Assembly (NCBI GenBank): GCA_965262745.1
Contig: OZ253558.1
Coordinates: 2,015,618 to 2,079,617, forward strand
DNA length: 64,000 nucleotides
From: Chloroflexota bacterium
GTDB taxonomy: Bacteria > Chloroflexota > UBA11872
Direction: 5' to 3'
The position numbers and the translations under genes were made by a program. The notes below the pieces were generated by a model. That model was not told the origin of the DNA. It searched no databases and saw only the letters and a list, made by a program, of their open reading frames with translations. Positions 37,537 to 47,973 of the stretch are shown in pieces (within the stretch, counting starts at the first letter, position 1; each line of letters begins with the position of its first letter).

Positions 37537-39035
37537 CAGGAGCCTTTGCCGGGATCGGGCTCGCGACGCTGGAAGAGCAGGGCCACCTCGCGCCGGATGG
37601 TCTCGCGATCCATCAGGTAGACGAGTCCGGCATAGACAAGGACGACCACTAGCCCTCCCTGGATCAAGAGTACCCAGTCGGTCAGCAGCGGCAGCATGAC
37701 CAGACGCCCGAAGGCCCCCGCCAGCACGGCCGCGGCCAGCGGGCGCGCGAGATGCCGCAGCAGGCGGAAGTCGAAGACATCCCGGGCCAGCGGCAGCAAC
37801 ACGAGCGCGGCGGCGAACTGGGTGACCGCGAGGGTGATCGGGATGGCGAGCACGCCAAGGCCGGCGGCGCCAAGGCCAAGGGCGAGTCCCCAGGCCGCCA
37901 CCGCCCAGACGATGGCGATCACGAGGATCTCGCGCGTCCGGCCGAGGGCAGCGAGCATGGGCGTGAGCAAGCCATTGATGGGCACCAGCACGGCGCTGGC
38001 AGCCAGCGCATAAAGCGCCGGGATGGCCGGCAGCCACTGCTCGCTATAGATGTAGATCGCAATCTCCGGTGCAAAGGCCACCACGGCTGCGAATGCCGGT
38101 AGGGTGACGATGGCGTTCCACTTGAGCGTGAGCTCGGCGCCGCGCCGCACGCGCGCCAGATCGTCCTGCATGCGAGCAAACGTGGGCAGCGTGACCCTTG
38201 ACACCAGCTGCGTCAGCGTGAGCGGCTGCGAGGCGATCTTATCCGCCCAACTCAGCAATCCCGTGCCGTCGACGCCGACCGTTCGGGGCGCCAGGAGCGG
38301 GATCAGCGAGTCCTTGGCCATCAACGCGAGGCGAGCGCCTTGAAACTGCGCCCCGAAGCGGGCGTAGTGCCGCAGCCCCGCAAGCCGCCAGGACGGCAGC
38401 GGCGCCCACGGATGCACGACGAGAACGACCAGGGTGGACACGATGCTCGCGCCGACGTGGGCGATGATCAGGCTCCACGGGCCAAGGGCGCCGATGGCGA
38501 ACCCGATGCCCGCGCCGAAGTACCAGATGGTGCCGGCGATGTCAGCCGCCGCAAGGCGGCCAAACTGCAGGTGTCGCTCGAGCAGGGCCGCCGGCACGAG
38601 CCGCAAGGCCGAGAGCCAAATCGACAGCCCGAAGACCCGGATCATCCAAGGATCGGCCGTCACGCCAACCCACTCCGTCAGGATGGGTGGGCCAGCAAGG
38701 ACCACAATGGCGGTGGCGACGGTCACCAGCCCAAGATGCAATGTGAAAACCGCGCGCAAGTCGGCCGGGCCGGGATCTTCCTTCCGCTGGATCAGGCTGG
38801 GCTGCAGCCCGACATCCGTGAACTGCTTGATAAGCCCGGCGAGGAAGGCAATCGGTACAACTACGCCAAAATCGCCCAGCGTAAGCAGGCGGTAGAGCGC
38901 AATATCTCCGGCGAACGATACGAGCTTCATGCCGCCTTCGCGCACGCCCAGGGCGACCACCCCGCGCACGGCTCGATCCCCCAAGCTCGCCGCCGACTCG
39001 CGTTCGGCCACGGGATCAGGGGGCGCCGACGTCAC
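37536..39035 (-). CDS. Wzx-like oligosaccharide flippase (polysaccharide biosynthesis protein, MOP superfamily)
   Basis: 499-aa ORF with 12-14 TM helices. LVSFAGDIALYRLLTLGDFGVVVPIAFLAGLIKQFTDVGLQPSLIQ is typical of PF01943/Wzx N-termini. Confidence 0.75.
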   Translation of the reverse strand: MTSAPPDPVAERESAASLGDRAVRGVVALGVREGGMKLVSFAGDIALYRLLTLGDFGVVVPIAFLAGLIKQFTDVGLQPSLIQRKEDPGPADLRAVFTLHLGLVTVATAIVVLAGPPILTEWVGVTADPWMIRVFGLSIWLSALRLVPAALLERHLQFGRLAAADIAGTIWYFGAGIGFAIGALGPWSLIIAHVGASIVSTLVVLVVHPWAPLPSWRLAGLRHYARFGAQFQGARLALMAKDSLIPLLAPRTVGVDGTGLLSWADKIASQPLTLTQLVSRVTLPTFARMQDDLARVRRGAELTLKWNAIVTLPAFAAVVAFAPEIAIYIYSEQWLPAIPALYALAASAVLVPINGLLTPMLAALGRTREILVIAIVWAVAAWGLALGLGAAGLGVLAIPITLAVTQFAAALVLLPLARDVFDFRLLRHLARPLAAAVLAGAFGRLVMLPLLTDWVLLIQGGLVVVLVYAGLVYLMDRETIRREVALLFQRREPDPGKGS

Positions 39036-39036
39036 G

Positions 39037-40167
39037 TCACGTCCGTTGCCGGATGGGCCGGTCGAGCGCTTGCTCGTACACCTCGATGAGCCGGGCCGTC
39101 GATTGCTCCCAGGTCATGGCCGCGGCGCGGGCCCGGCCGCCGTCGGCCAACCGCCGACGTTCGTCCGGGGACGTCAGGAGCCTGGCGATCGCCGACTCGA
39201 GCGCCGCTGCATCGCCCGGCGGCACCAGCAAGCCGCTCTCGCCATGCGCCACGATCTCCTCCGCGGCCGAATCGCGCGAGCTGATCACGGGTACGCCGCA
39301 GGCGCCCGCCTCGAGCAGCACCAAGCCGAATCCCTCGAAGTCGCGTCCGACCGATCGGTAGGGCATGACGACCACCGACGCGCGGGAATACCAGCGCAGC
39401 AGCTCATCGTGGCTCACGGCTCCCGTGAGCGTGACGGCTTCCTGTAGACCCAGCGCGCGGATGCGTGCATTGAGCCGGGCAACGAACGGCGAGCGCGGCG
39501 AATACGGCCCGACGATGACGAAGCGCGACTGCGGCAGGCGCGCGTGCACGGCCGCGAATGCTTCCAACGCCACGTCGGATCCTTTGCGCGGCTTGGGTTC
39601 GCCAACCGCGAGCACAAGCCCAGGTTCGCGAGCGACCGGAGGGTCGGGGACCGCAAATTCAGCCGCCCGCACCGCCAGCGGTACGACCGTGGTGTGCGTG
39701 AATCCGGTGTCACGGCGCACCCGCTGCTCGGTATAGCGGCTGATGGCGATCAGACGCCGCGCGCGTCGCATGGCCGCGCGAAGCATGCGCGATTCCAGCC
39801 AGTCGCGGCTGGACGGCACCGCATAGGTGCCGACGAGCGAGACAAAGAGCGGCCGGCGGCCGGCAGCGAGAGCAACGGCGGGGGCGTAGGGCTCGACCAT
39901 GCAATGGACGGCGTCCACGCCCCGCAGCGCGCGCCACAGCGGCCGGACGCTCCGCGCGAGCAAACGCGCAAAATGCGGCGTGCCCCGGCGAAACGAGGGG
40001 ATTGCCGCGTGGTCGGCATGGGCGCGAAGGTCGCCGGGCATCGCGGCGCCAGGGGTCACCAGGCGCACGTCGACGCCCGCCGCGATGAGACCTCGCGCCA
40101 GCTCGCCGGCATAGCGGCCCCACCCATTGCTGGGGTCCAACTCGTCGGCCACGATGGCCAGCTTCAC
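39037..40167 (-). CDS. GT4-family glycosyltransferase
   Basis: VKLAIVADELDPSNGWGRYAGELARGL and LLEAGACGVPVISSRDSAAEEIV motifs. GTG start in GTGA overlap with the YfhO stop. The upstream 130 aa in the ORF track are R/G-rich. Confidence 0.7.
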   Translation of the reverse strand: MKLAIVADELDPSNGWGRYAGELARGLIAAGVDVRLVTPGAAMPGDLRAHADHAAIPSFRRGTPHFARLLARSVRPLWRALRGVDAVHCMVEPYAPAVALAAGRRPLFVSLVGTYAVPSSRDWLESRMLRAAMRRARRLIAISRYTEQRVRRDTGFTHTTVVPLAVRAAEFAVPDPPVAREPGLVLAVGEPKPRKGSDVALEAFAAVHARLPQSRFVIVGPYSPRSPFVARLNARIRALGLQEAVTLTGAVSHDELLRWYSRASVVVMPYRSVGRDFEGFGLVLLEAGACGVPVISSRDSAAEEIVAHGESGLLVPPGDAAALESAIARLLTSPDERRRLADGGRARAAAMTWEQSTARLIEVYEQALDRPIRQRT

Positions 40168-42776
40168 CGCCGCTGCCTCCAGAGGCTCATCGCCAGCAGC
40201 GGTACCAGAAGACCTGTTGCCACCAGCGATGCGATCACGCCCGCCGAATATCCCGGCGGATCGAACCGCATGCTGATGTCGTGTGCGCCTGCCGGCAGCG
40301 CGAGGCCACGCGACACCAGGTTGACGGTCAGAATCTCCGCGGGGCGGCCGTTCACCTCGGCCGTCCAGCCGGGATAGGGCGCCTCGTTCAGCACGAGCAG
40401 ACCCGGGGCCGCAAGATCGACGCTGAGCTCGATCCGATCCGCACCGCGGACTACAGGACCAATGACATCCGTTCCGATCAGGGTTTGCCCGGGTTCGATG
40501 CCCGGATCGCTCGACACCAGCGCACGGTCGGGCCTTGAGGCCACCCATTCGAGTGGCAGCCACACGTCATCAACCGCACCCCACTGGCGTGCAACCCAGA
40601 CGGCCGGGCGCCAGTCCGCGATCTCATAGACGTACAGCGGTTGCTCCACGCCAGCCCATTCGGGCAGCTGGATCGAGCCGGCATGCAGCTCGCGCAGCCC
40701 ATCAATCGGCAGAGGAGTCCCCGACGTGATGTAGCGCACATTGGCCGCCGCAAGCGCGCCCAGACGTGACCGCAAGACGTCCAGACGGGCATCCGCGTCG
40801 AGCGAGGCGTCCGTGGCGAATCCGGGCAGCGTGGCTCGCTCGCTGCCCACAAACGCCAGATACGCCGCCGTGCTTTGCGGCATCAGGTTTTCATAGCCAT
40901 CGATCGTTGCAGGTCCGCCGTCCAGCGCGAGGTTGGGCGCGAGGGTGGCGGTGAGGAATACCCACTCAAGGAGGTCGCGCTGCTCCTGCGACAGGCGGTC
41001 CCCGGTTGCCGTTGACAACTCGAATTTCTGTGCGAGCGGACGATAGGAGAACAGGCGGCCCCCGCGATCATCGGCGGACGCGGTGATCGCCGGCGAAGGG
41101 CGGGCGTGCCACTGGTCCGGGACCGTGGGCACGGTGTGGCCGGGCGCCAAGAGCAGGTCGGCCACAAGTACGGCGCCTAGGCCCATTTGCGCGTGCACGC
41201 CCCGAAGCGCGCCGCGCCGATACCCCCAAATCAGCAACGCACCGACAACGGCCGTGACCAGCAAGAGGCGAGGCGTGGGACCCGCCAAGCTGAACGCTGA
41301 CTCGAGCCTCGCGTAGAGCTGGTCGAACGTTCGGTAGTAGCGCTCGGCGGTGAGAAAGCGATCCTCGGACCCGACAATCACGCGGTCGATGTAGTCGTAT
41401 CCATAAGGCACGACCAAGAACGCAAAGCCGGTGAGCGTGATCGTGGCGGCCAGGGTGCCCGCCGCGATGAGGCCCGCCAGCCACGTCCAGGCACGCACGA
41501 GCCAGCCAACCGCCCGCGCGGCGGCCAGGTCGGGCCGGGGCAGCAGCTCGAATCCGAACGCCGCGAGAAAGCTCAAGCCGAACGTGGCCACCAGACCGAA
41601 CCGCGCGGGCTGTCGGAAGAAGCCGAACAGCGGCAGCTTGTGGAGGAGGGGAAATCCAAGGCTGTACGAGCCCATGGCCAGCACCCAGGCAACGACGACG
41701 AGCACGGCGAGAAAGCGCACGACGCGATGGCGGCGCGCGGCCACGAGGGCCAGCAGGGCGAGCACGGGCGTGAGGATTCCGAGATACAGCAGTTCCTCGG
41801 CGTTGAGCGTTTCGTCGAGCACGCGCGGGATTTCGAACGATGGGTAGAGGTAGCCGAGCACCAGGCTCCAGGGCGGGATCGAGCCCTGCGCCGCGGTGGC
41901 GAATTCGAGGCCTCCCGCGCGGCCTGAAAGCGCCGTGGTTTGGAGCGTCGGCAGGAACCGCACGGCACCGAGCGCAAGGCCCACACCGAGGGCCGCGATC
42001 AGCCAGGCTCCAAGGCAACACGCCGGCGACCGTCCGCTGTCGCGCCACGTCCACGCGAGGCGGAACACGGCGTATACCAGCCACACCGAAGCAAACAGCA
42101 ACGCGATCTGCGGGTGTCCGGCCAGGCCGGTGATGCCGGTGATGACGGCGAGGCCGACGGCCCAATGCCGGCGGCCCTGCGCGATCCGTTCGATGGCGGC
42201 AAGGCCAGCGGGAAGGACGAAGAATATGTCGGCGTAGTTGAGGAAGCGGGACGTGGCGAAGACGAAGGGGCTGTAGGCATAAAGAAACGCCGCGAGAAAG
42301 GCGCTGCGCCGTGACAGGCCCCACACGCGGCCGAGGCCGTAGGCCGCGGCCGCCGCCAGGACCAATCCCAGGGAGGTCTCGATGAAGTAGGCGCGCAGCG
42401 GGTCGAAGACGCGCAGCAGGCCCCACGTCAAGGGATAGAACCAGCCGAACTCGGAGAAGGCCACGGGGAATCCTCCGAGGATCCCGTCCGTCCACAGCGG
42501 AATTTGGCCCTCCGCCAGACCTGCCGCCAGCAGCCGATAGCGCGGTTGGTAGCTGAGGAGCACGTCGAAGTCGAGCCAGGGCTCGCCCGCGACCAGCACG
42601 CCTCGATACAGGATCAGCAGCGGAGCGAGGAGGCCAACGGTCACCAGCAGGCGATGCCAGTTTGCGCCGGCGTGCTCGAGGCGCTCTTCCGCTCGCCCGA
42701 TAAGGGCGGCGGCGCGCGTCAGGCTGGCTGCGGCAGGTCGAGGAAGTCCACGATCCTGGCCGCGCGTCGATTCCAT
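40164..42776 (-). CDS. YfhO-family polytopic membrane protein (GT-C-like lipid-linked glycosyltransferase)
   Basis: 870-aa ORF with an N-terminal block of ~13 TM helices including the YfhO-like segment QIPLWTDGILGGFPVAFSEFGWFYPLTW. The ~300-aa C-terminal extracytoplasmic beta-rich domain ends in GWTAEVNGRPAEI. The 58-nt overlap with the next gene suggests the start may be a little later. Confidence 0.6.
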   Translation of the reverse strand: MESTRGQDRGLPRPAAASLTRAAALIGRAEERLEHAGANWHRLLVTVGLLAPLLILYRGVLVAGEPWLDFDVLLSYQPRYRLLAAGLAEGQIPLWTDGILGGFPVAFSEFGWFYPLTWGLLRVFDPLRAYFIETSLGLVLAAAAAYGLGRVWGLSRRSAFLAAFLYAYSPFVFATSRFLNYADIFFVLPAGLAAIERIAQGRRHWAVGLAVITGITGLAGHPQIALLFASVWLVYAVFRLAWTWRDSGRSPACCLGAWLIAALGVGLALGAVRFLPTLQTTALSGRAGGLEFATAAQGSIPPWSLVLGYLYPSFEIPRVLDETLNAEELLYLGILTPVLALLALVAARRHRVVRFLAVLVVVAWVLAMGSYSLGFPLLHKLPLFGFFRQPARFGLVATFGLSFLAAFGFELLPRPDLAAARAVGWLVRAWTWLAGLIAAGTLAATITLTGFAFLVVPYGYDYIDRVIVGSEDRFLTAERYYRTFDQLYARLESAFSLAGPTPRLLLVTAVVGALLIWGYRRGALRGVHAQMGLGAVLVADLLLAPGHTVPTVPDQWHARPSPAITASADDRGGRLFSYRPLAQKFELSTATGDRLSQEQRDLLEWVFLTATLAPNLALDGGPATIDGYENLMPQSTAAYLAFVGSERATLPGFATDASLDADARLDVLRSRLGALAAANVRYITSGTPLPIDGLRELHAGSIQLPEWAGVEQPLYVYEIADWRPAVWVARQWGAVDDVWLPLEWVASRPDRALVSSDPGIEPGQTLIGTDVIGPVVRGADRIELSVDLAAPGLLVLNEAPYPGWTAEVNGRPAEILTVNLVSRGLALPAGAHDISMRFDPPGYSAGVIASLVATGLLVPLLAMSLWRQRR

Positions 42777-43930
42777 GTGCAGTCCGCTACCTCGTTTCGA
42801 GCCGTGCGCGCCAAACGTGCGGCGAGTTCATGGTCGCTCAACAGGCGCTCGATGGCGGCCGCGAGCGCCGCATTATCGTCGGGCGGCACGAGAAGTGCGT
42901 TGTGCTCGTGGCGCAGCACTTCGCGCAGCGAAGGTAGATCGCTGGCCACGATGGGGACGCCGGCGGCCATGTACTCGAACAGCTTCAGCGGCGAGGTGTG
43001 CTCGCGCGCAATGATCGTAGCGCCGCTGAAGGGAATCACCGCCACGTCCGCCGCGGCGAGGTAGCGCCGGGCCTCGGCCGGTGAGCGGTGGCCCGTGACT
43101 CGCACGTTGCTCATGCCGCGCGCGCGATGGCGCACGCGGTCAAGGTCCGGCGGCACGCCCCCAACGATGGCGAATTGCACCGTGTCGGGAAGCTGGGCTG
43201 CGGCCGCGACGAGCGTGCCGACTCCCTTCCAGGGGTAGAGATGGCCGACATAGCAGACAAGCGGCGCATCCGGCGGGAGATCGAGCGCCCGGCGCGCGGC
43301 GGCCCGCGGCTCGAGGTCAAACGCGGCCGATGGGGCGGCGTCGTGCGCCACGAGCACGCGCTCGGGCGGCAAGCCGCGGCTGAGGTACCAGCGGCGCAGC
43401 GCCGCCGATATCACCACCACGCGATCCACGCGGCGCACCGCCCAAAGATGCAGCCGCTGCGACAACGACGAACGCGGCAGCGTGTGCCCCTCGAAGCACG
43501 TGCGGACGCCGCGGCGCCGGCGCAGGGTCGTGAGCGTCAGCGGAAACAGGTCACGGCTGTAAATGATGCGGCCCTTTAGACGGCGCGTCACCACGAGAGC
43601 GCTGAGCGTGAACGTCACCAGTTGGAGCAGGTGGGCCAGCAAGCGAATGGCGCCGCGGTTGCACACGGGCCAATCGATCGTGACGCGCTTGATCAGATCG
43701 AGGCAGGGCAGGCCGATGATCGCGAACGCAGCCGCGACGCCGTAATAGGCAAAGGGGTTGTCGACGTGCCGCATGGCGTCGGTGTTGTCGCGACGCGCAT
43801 GGAGCACGACCACTTCCAGGCGCTGGGCCGCGAAGGCCTCGGCCATGTGCATGATCTGCAGCGGGTGGGCTTTCTCACTGGGAATGCGCGCATTTGCCAG
43901 GAATATCAGACGCACGGAACCCGATCTCAA
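42719..43930 (-). CDS. GT4-family glycosyltransferase
   Basis: MRSGSVRLIFLANARIPSEKAHPLQIMHMAEAF N-terminus and C-terminal FEYMAAGVPIVASDLPSLREVL. Confidence 0.8.
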   Translation of the reverse strand: MRSGSVRLIFLANARIPSEKAHPLQIMHMAEAFAAQRLEVVVLHARRDNTDAMRHVDNPFAYYGVAAAFAIIGLPCLDLIKRVTIDWPVCNRGAIRLLAHLLQLVTFTLSALVVTRRLKGRIIYSRDLFPLTLTTLRRRRGVRTCFEGHTLPRSSLSQRLHLWAVRRVDRVVVISAALRRWYLSRGLPPERVLVAHDAAPSAAFDLEPRAAARRALDLPPDAPLVCYVGHLYPWKGVGTLVAAAAQLPDTVQFAIVGGVPPDLDRVRHRARGMSNVRVTGHRSPAEARRYLAAADVAVIPFSGATIIAREHTSPLKLFEYMAAGVPIVASDLPSLREVLRHEHNALLVPPDDNAALAAAIERLLSDHELAARLARTARNEVADCTWNRRAARIVDFLDLPQPA

Positions 43931-45708
43931 ATCTCGTAGTGGATTGTCGCCGAGACGCCGGCGCCGAGCGGTCCGAAATGCACCTGGTTGTCCCGCACGC
44001 GCCAGCTCGTCGGCGCGTCAACCTCGAACGACTCGACGCCCCGCGGGTAGCGATACGCGAGACCCGTGATCGGCTGTGCGACGTTCACGCCATCGGCGAC
44101 CAGTAGCCGGTCGTCGCGCCACTGGTATCGCCGCTCGGTGCGGAGGGCGGGATGCGGCTGGCCGTCCCGCCGCGCCAGCCATGAGGCAATCTTGACGCCG
44201 TCGCCCTTGGGCGTTACCCGGCCATCGAGTGCGTGGATCGAGGCGTATTGGGAGGCGGCCGCCCACGCGGGCGGGCCGAGGAAGCGATAGAGCATGCGGA
44301 GGGCATACCAGCGGCGGCCCGCGCGCCAATGCCTCCGCGCAACGCGCACGCGAAACCAGGCGGTCGCGTCGAGTGCGTCCGGCCGCGGCCGATCCGGGGG
44401 CGTGAGCAGCCACGTGCCTTCGGGCATCCAAGGCTCGCAGACTTGCGCCAAGGCATTGGCCCAGCCGCGTTCCGCGTTGCCGACGTAGACGAGCCCGCCT
44501 CCGCCCACCCGACCGCCCACGAGGCCGCTCGCCGGCCGCTTGCGGACGCGCAGCATGGCGCAGGCGCGCCGGGTCTGGATGCGGACCACGCCGGCATCGG
44601 CGCAGTGGATTGGCGGTGTCTGCGCGAGCGATGGGGGATTGGTCGGCAGGTCGTCCAGCTCGGCTGCTGCGTGGGCGCGGGCGAGCCAGGCGAGATCGGC
44701 GGTGTGAACCACGCGGCAAATGGAGGTCGGAGCGGTCGGGCAGGCGTCGACCAGCCCCTCGGGACCCACGGCCTGGGCCGAACGCGCCGCGACGGTCCCC
44801 GCCAGCCGGAGCGCCACCGGGCGCCCATCCGTCGCCAGGGCGTAGGCATCGTATGGCGCCGAGCCGACCTCGGTGTCTGCGTCCCAGCACCAGCGCTGGC
44901 CCTCGAGGGCCAGCGGCTTCACCCCGTCGGGCCGCAGGACATCGATGAGGAAGTCCACTCCTCGTTGCAGCTCGGCCGCGTGCGAATCCGGTTCGCCGAT
45001 GCGGGCCAGGGCGTAGCGGGCGAACGCGAGCATCCGGCCGTGCTCAGAGACCGCGAGGTCGGCGATGCCCTCATGTTCGCCGATGGCCGCTGCATCGGTG
45101 ACGTAGGGAAAGGAGCCGTCAGGACGCATCTCACCAAGCGCGCTGGCCACCGCATCCCGCACGGCGTCGGTCCAGCCGGGTTCTTGGAGGACCGCGGCCG
45201 CGCTGGCGAGCCCCATCGCGCCCCAGAGACGCTGGCTGATGACCGGCGTGCCGAGCACGTTCGGCGCCAAGTAGGTCTGGGCGCAGAGGCGGACCGCCTC
45301 CTCAATGCGCTCGCGATCGATTTCAGGCAGCCGATCGCCAGCCACCTTGAGCAGAGTGGCGAGCGCATCCACGCATTCGCCGCAATCGACGACGTGCGTC
45401 GAGACGTTCTGTGGGTGGTGCGGCCCGGGAAAGAACACCCAGGCCCCGCCCGCCGCGTCATCCTGGCTGAGGCGACCGGTGATGGCGCGCGCCACGCGTA
45501 GGGCGCGTCCGATGAAGCGGTCGTCCTCGGATTCGGAGGCCAGGGCGCAATTGAGCACGATGGCGCGCGCGGTCTTGCCGGTGTGGTCGACGCCATGCTC
45601 GGGGCAGCGGGCATAGCCGTCGCGCCCGAGGAGCCGCTCGAAGGCGTCGGAGGCCCGCTCGATGGCCCAGCGGGCACGGGGTGTGAGGCGCGCAGGCCCA
45701 CTAGCCAT
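43927..45708 (-). CDS. Hypothetical protein; possibly heparinase II/III-like (alpha/alpha-toroid plus beta-sandwich) polysaccharide-modifying enzyme
   Basis: 594 aa from MASGPARL (ATG 45708, 2 nt after the upstream TAG). Helix-rich N-terminal half and beta-rich C-terminal half. Family call is tentative and not motif-based. Confidence 0.4.
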   Translation of the reverse strand: MASGPARLTPRARWAIERASDAFERLLGRDGYARCPEHGVDHTGKTARAIVLNCALASESEDDRFIGRALRVARAITGRLSQDDAAGGAWVFFPGPHHPQNVSTHVVDCGECVDALATLLKVAGDRLPEIDRERIEEAVRLCAQTYLAPNVLGTPVISQRLWGAMGLASAAAVLQEPGWTDAVRDAVASALGEMRPDGSFPYVTDAAAIGEHEGIADLAVSEHGRMLAFARYALARIGEPDSHAAELQRGVDFLIDVLRPDGVKPLALEGQRWCWDADTEVGSAPYDAYALATDGRPVALRLAGTVAARSAQAVGPEGLVDACPTAPTSICRVVHTADLAWLARAHAAAELDDLPTNPPSLAQTPPIHCADAGVVRIQTRRACAMLRVRKRPASGLVGGRVGGGGLVYVGNAERGWANALAQVCEPWMPEGTWLLTPPDRPRPDALDATAWFRVRVARRHWRAGRRWYALRMLYRFLGPPAWAAASQYASIHALDGRVTPKGDGVKIASWLARRDGQPHPALRTERRYQWRDDRLLVADGVNVAQPITGLAYRYPRGVESFEVDAPTSWRVRDNQVHFGPLGAGVSATIHYEI

Positions 45709-46846
45709 GCTCGCCTCCCGTTGCGGCGGACGCGGTCTGTGGGAACGGCGGCTCCCGACGCTCGCGCAAGGCCGTGAACACCTCAACGAGCCGACCCGCC
45801 AGGCGGCTCGCGCCATGGCCGTCGACGACCGTTTGCCGGAGTTGTTCGATGGCGGCAGTGCGCAAGCTTGGATGGAGCGCGAGTGCCCGCCGCAGGCCAT
45901 CCGTCAAGGCCGCCGTCGACGATTGGACCAGGAAGTCGCCGGCGAACGCGCCAAGCGTCGCGCGATAGGCGACGTTGTTGGTAACGAGCAGCGTGCCGGC
46001 GGCGAGGGCTTCCAATCCGGTCTTATCGAGCGAAGTACCGCTGCGCCAGGCGACGAAAGCATCGAGGCCGGCGTAGAACTCCGGCATGTTCGTGCTGGGC
46101 AGGCCGCCCAGAAAGGTGACGTGCTCTGTGAGCTCCGCCTGACGCACGTGCTCGTGAATACCGGCGAGGTAGGCGTGATCCGAGGGATAGAAGGGCTCGC
46201 CGGCGACGCGCAGCTCGACGGGCACGCCGTCGTCGCGAAGCTGCGCGACGGCCTCGATCACCGTGGACAGCCCCTTCAGCGGCGTGATGCGCCCGGCGAC
46301 GCCGATGACCGGCCGCACCGGCGGCGCCGACCGGATGGGCGCGGCCGCGAGCCGGGCCGTGTCGATGCCCTGGCCTAGGATGAACGCTCCCGGCGATCGT
46401 AGCGGGTAGCTCTCCGGAGCCGAGGTGATGGTCGCGCTGGCCAGCCTGACACCGACGCGCAGCGCTCGCGTGCGGCCGTGGCTGGCGTACCAGAGCACGA
46501 GGGGGATCCGCCGGGCGATGCACGCGGGGGCGGCGGCGATGGCATAGGCCGGGACCATGTGCGCCAGCACGCCGTCCACGCGACCTCCGCCGATCAACTG
46601 AAGGCACCGGCCAAGCAGCAGCGACCTTCGGGACGCGCGCCCGCGACCGCGCTCCTTGCCCAGCCCGTGCACGGCGACGTTGCGCGGCAGATCCACGGTG
46701 CCCGTGGCGGTGGCAATGACGTGCAACTGCTCGACCAGCGGCGCAAGCTCTTGCGCCCAAAGATGGGCGAATCCCAGGATGGAACTGTCGGTCGCAAGTT
46801 CCTGGGTGATCATGAGCAGCCGCAGTCCTCGTCCGCCCTCGCTCAC
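45701..46846 (-). CDS. GT4-family glycosyltransferase
   Basis: RLLMITQELATDSSILGFAHLW N-terminus and TGLEALAAGTLLVTNNVA C-terminal motif. Confidence 0.75.
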   Translation of the reverse strand: MSEGGRGLRLLMITQELATDSSILGFAHLWAQELAPLVEQLHVIATATGTVDLPRNVAVHGLGKERGRGRASRRSLLLGRCLQLIGGGRVDGVLAHMVPAYAIAAAPACIARRIPLVLWYASHGRTRALRVGVRLASATITSAPESYPLRSPGAFILGQGIDTARLAAAPIRSAPPVRPVIGVAGRITPLKGLSTVIEAVAQLRDDGVPVELRVAGEPFYPSDHAYLAGIHEHVRQAELTEHVTFLGGLPSTNMPEFYAGLDAFVAWRSGTSLDKTGLEALAAGTLLVTNNVAYRATLGAFAGDFLVQSSTAALTDGLRRALALHPSLRTAAIEQLRQTVVDGHGASRLAGRLVEVFTALRERREPPFPQTASAATGGEHG

Positions 46847-47973
46847 GGCAACGACTCCGCCGCCAGATCGCGATAGGCCCTGGCATAGGCGCTGAGAATC
46901 TTGTCACGGGTGAAGGGCGCGGTTGCCCGGCGCGCAGCCGCGCCGGCGTCGGCCAGGGCGCCGCGATCGGCCCGCACCCGCGCGACCAGGCCCGCGCCGG
47001 CCGAAACGTCCCAGGGCAGGAGCCAGCCATTGACGCCGTGGTCGATGATCTCGGGCATCAGGCCCACCGGCGTACTGAACACCGGTATGCCACAGGCCAT
47101 GGCCTCCAAGCACACGCGGGGACCTCCCTCACTGCGCGACGGGCACACCAAGGCATCCATCTGCCGATAGAGGGCCGCCAGATCGTCGGGGCCGTCGACC
47201 CAAGGGATGCGGTTGACCCGGTCCGCAAGCCCCGCGGCCGATAGTCGGCGCTGCAACGAGCCGGCTTCGGGCCCGTCGCCCACCACTAGGAACCGTGCGT
47301 CAGGCGCGGCAGCCGCGACGGCGGCAAAGATCTTGATTAGATAGTCAAGGCCCTTGTTGGCGACCAAGCGCCCCACAAATCCCAGCGCGTATGACCGGGG
47401 CGCGTCGCTCGGATGGAACACCGCTCGATCGACGTGCGCCGACGGCAGGACCAGGACTTTCTCTCGCGGCACGTCCCACCGCTCCAGCAAGTCGGGCACC
47501 TGCCGGCGATTGACAACCCGGATGGCGCGGGCGCGCTTGGCGGCGAACGTCACGTAGGCCCGGTAGCCGAGCTTGGCCGCCGGCTCCCACCACTGCGCGC
47601 GGCGCGGATGGGCCGGGATGTGATGGATTTCGCTGACGTACGGCACGTCCAACCGCCGGCTGAGGCGCGCGGCGGCGATGCCGTTCGAGAAGATGCCGTA
47701 GTCATGGCTCACGATGAGGTGGTAGCGCCGCTCGGCAGCCAGGGCACCCGCTCGGCGGATGAGCCAGCGCGCGTGCCAGAGTCGGCCGCCCGGCGACGGG
47801 TGGACGTGCACGCCACGATGGAGCGTACGCGGCGAGGCGTTGGCGATGCCAGGCGTCAGCACGTCAATCTGGGCGAACTCCTTCGATAGGCCCTCAAGTG
47901 TGTAGTAGAACGGGCCTTGCCGCCCCGCCGCTACGTCGCGATCGCCGCTGAGCATCAGCAGGCTGGGTTTCAT
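46843..47973 (-). CDS. GT4-family glycosyltransferase
   Basis: MKPSLLMLSGDRDVAAGRQGPFYYTLEGL N-terminus, CLEAMACGIPVFSTPVGLMPEII. ATGA-type overlaps on both sides. Confidence 0.8.
   Translation of the reverse strand: MKPSLLMLSGDRDVAAGRQGPFYYTLEGLSKEFAQIDVLTPGIANASPRTLHRGVHVHPSPGGRLWHARWLIRRAGALAAERRYHLIVSHDYGIFSNGIAAARLSRRLDVPYVSEIHHIPAHPRRAQWWEPAAKLGYRAYVTFAAKRARAIRVVNRRQVPDLLERWDVPREKVLVLPSAHVDRAVFHPSDAPRSYALGFVGRLVANKGLDYLIKIFAAVAAAAPDARFLVVGDGPEAGSLQRRLSAAGLADRVNRIPWVDGPDDLAALYRQMDALVCPSRSEGGPRVCLEAMACGIPVFSTPVGLMPEIIDHGVNGWLLPWDVSAGAGLVARVRADRGALADAGAAARRATAPFTRDKILSAYARAYRDLAAESLP

Noticed and set aside
42722-42776. Alternative CTG start for the YfhO-like gene in a CTGA overlap with the upstream GT4 stop
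   Set aside because: CTG starts are rare. The ATG at 42776 was kept even though it implies a 58-nt overlap. Flagged as uncertain.
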